A stretch of DNA of 36,515 nucleotides from assembly GCA_964522675.1 (NCBI GenBank), contig CAZFVX010000001.1, positions 1 to 36,515 on the forward strand. Direction: 5' to 3'. The notes beneath the pieces are model-generated. The model ran no database searches, had not been told where the DNA came from, and saw only the letters and a program-made list of their open reading frames with translations. Source of the DNA: an uncultured archaeon (lineage in GTDB: Archaea > Aenigmatarchaeota > Aenigmatarchaeia > QMZP01 > CAZFVX01). Shown piece by piece: positions 36,398 through 36,515 of this stretch (the stretch's first letter is position 1; each line of letters begins with the position of its first letter). The position numbers were made by a program, and so were the translations under genes.

Positions 36398-36515
36398 ATA
36401 AAAAATCCATATCTAATTTATTCACGAATTTCATTTTTTGCAGAATTTTAAGAAAGAAGTCTATTTGGGTGTTATTCATTTTTTTGTAAATTTCTCTACA
36501 TAGTAAACCTAATTT

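Noticed and set aside
1-36515. Search for CRISPR arrays, tRNA/rRNA genes, IS elements, integrases, toxin-antitoxin or defence genes
   Set aside because: I saw no spaced direct repeats, no T-loop or acceptor-like GC-rich segments apart from the 30.2-30.35 kb element (which lacks tRNA features), and no transposase-, integrase- or nuclease-like ORFs.

Overview
This is an AT-rich (about 30% G+C by eye), very gene-dense archaeal chromosomal segment. Archaeal hallmarks are an AglB/STT3 oligosaccharyltransferase (WWDYG), a bifunctional FBP aldolase/phosphatase, a short archaeal-type TIM, the HMG-CoA synthase/thiolase/DUF35 trio, BRE/TATA-like promoters and some apparently leaderless starts. I call 34 protein genes and saw no rRNA, tRNA, CRISPR array, transposase or integrase. 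Blocks: (1) 46-8159, glycogen metabolism, with a GT3 and a GT5/GT4-like synthase flanking a small Zn-ribbon gene, two GH57 proteins and a debranching enzyme. (2) 8233-15284, central carbon metabolism: FBP aldolase/phosphatase plus a small wHTH, and a tight six-gene minus-strand operon (polyferredoxin, tungsten AOR, TIM, GalT-like, HIT, PGM). (3) 15378-26796, surface-glycan/N-glycosylation cluster: aminotransferase, dehydrogenase, ATP-grasp, GT-C, DPPR-synthase-like UbiA, flippase-like protein, DUF362, HAD, AglH, AglB. (4) Upper mevalonate pathway, with hmgA at 26906-28111 and HMGCS/thiolase/DUF35 at 33162-35792. (5) A three-gene island at about 28.1-31.4 kb between the two mevalonate parts, with foreign codon usage (CGN arginine codons): TrmB-like HTH, a radical SAM/SPASM enzyme with a long N-terminal extension, a GC-rich hairpin-dense noncoding element, and a membrane-anchored beta-helix protein. 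The best candidates for something undescribed are the radical SAM island and the archaeal polyprenyl-phosphoribose-type (UbiA + GT-C) glycosylation module. Next are the NDP-sugar route without GlgC (GalT-like/HIT/PGM) and the dual glycogen synthase operon. All product calls rest on motif recognition by eye; no database search or folding program was run.
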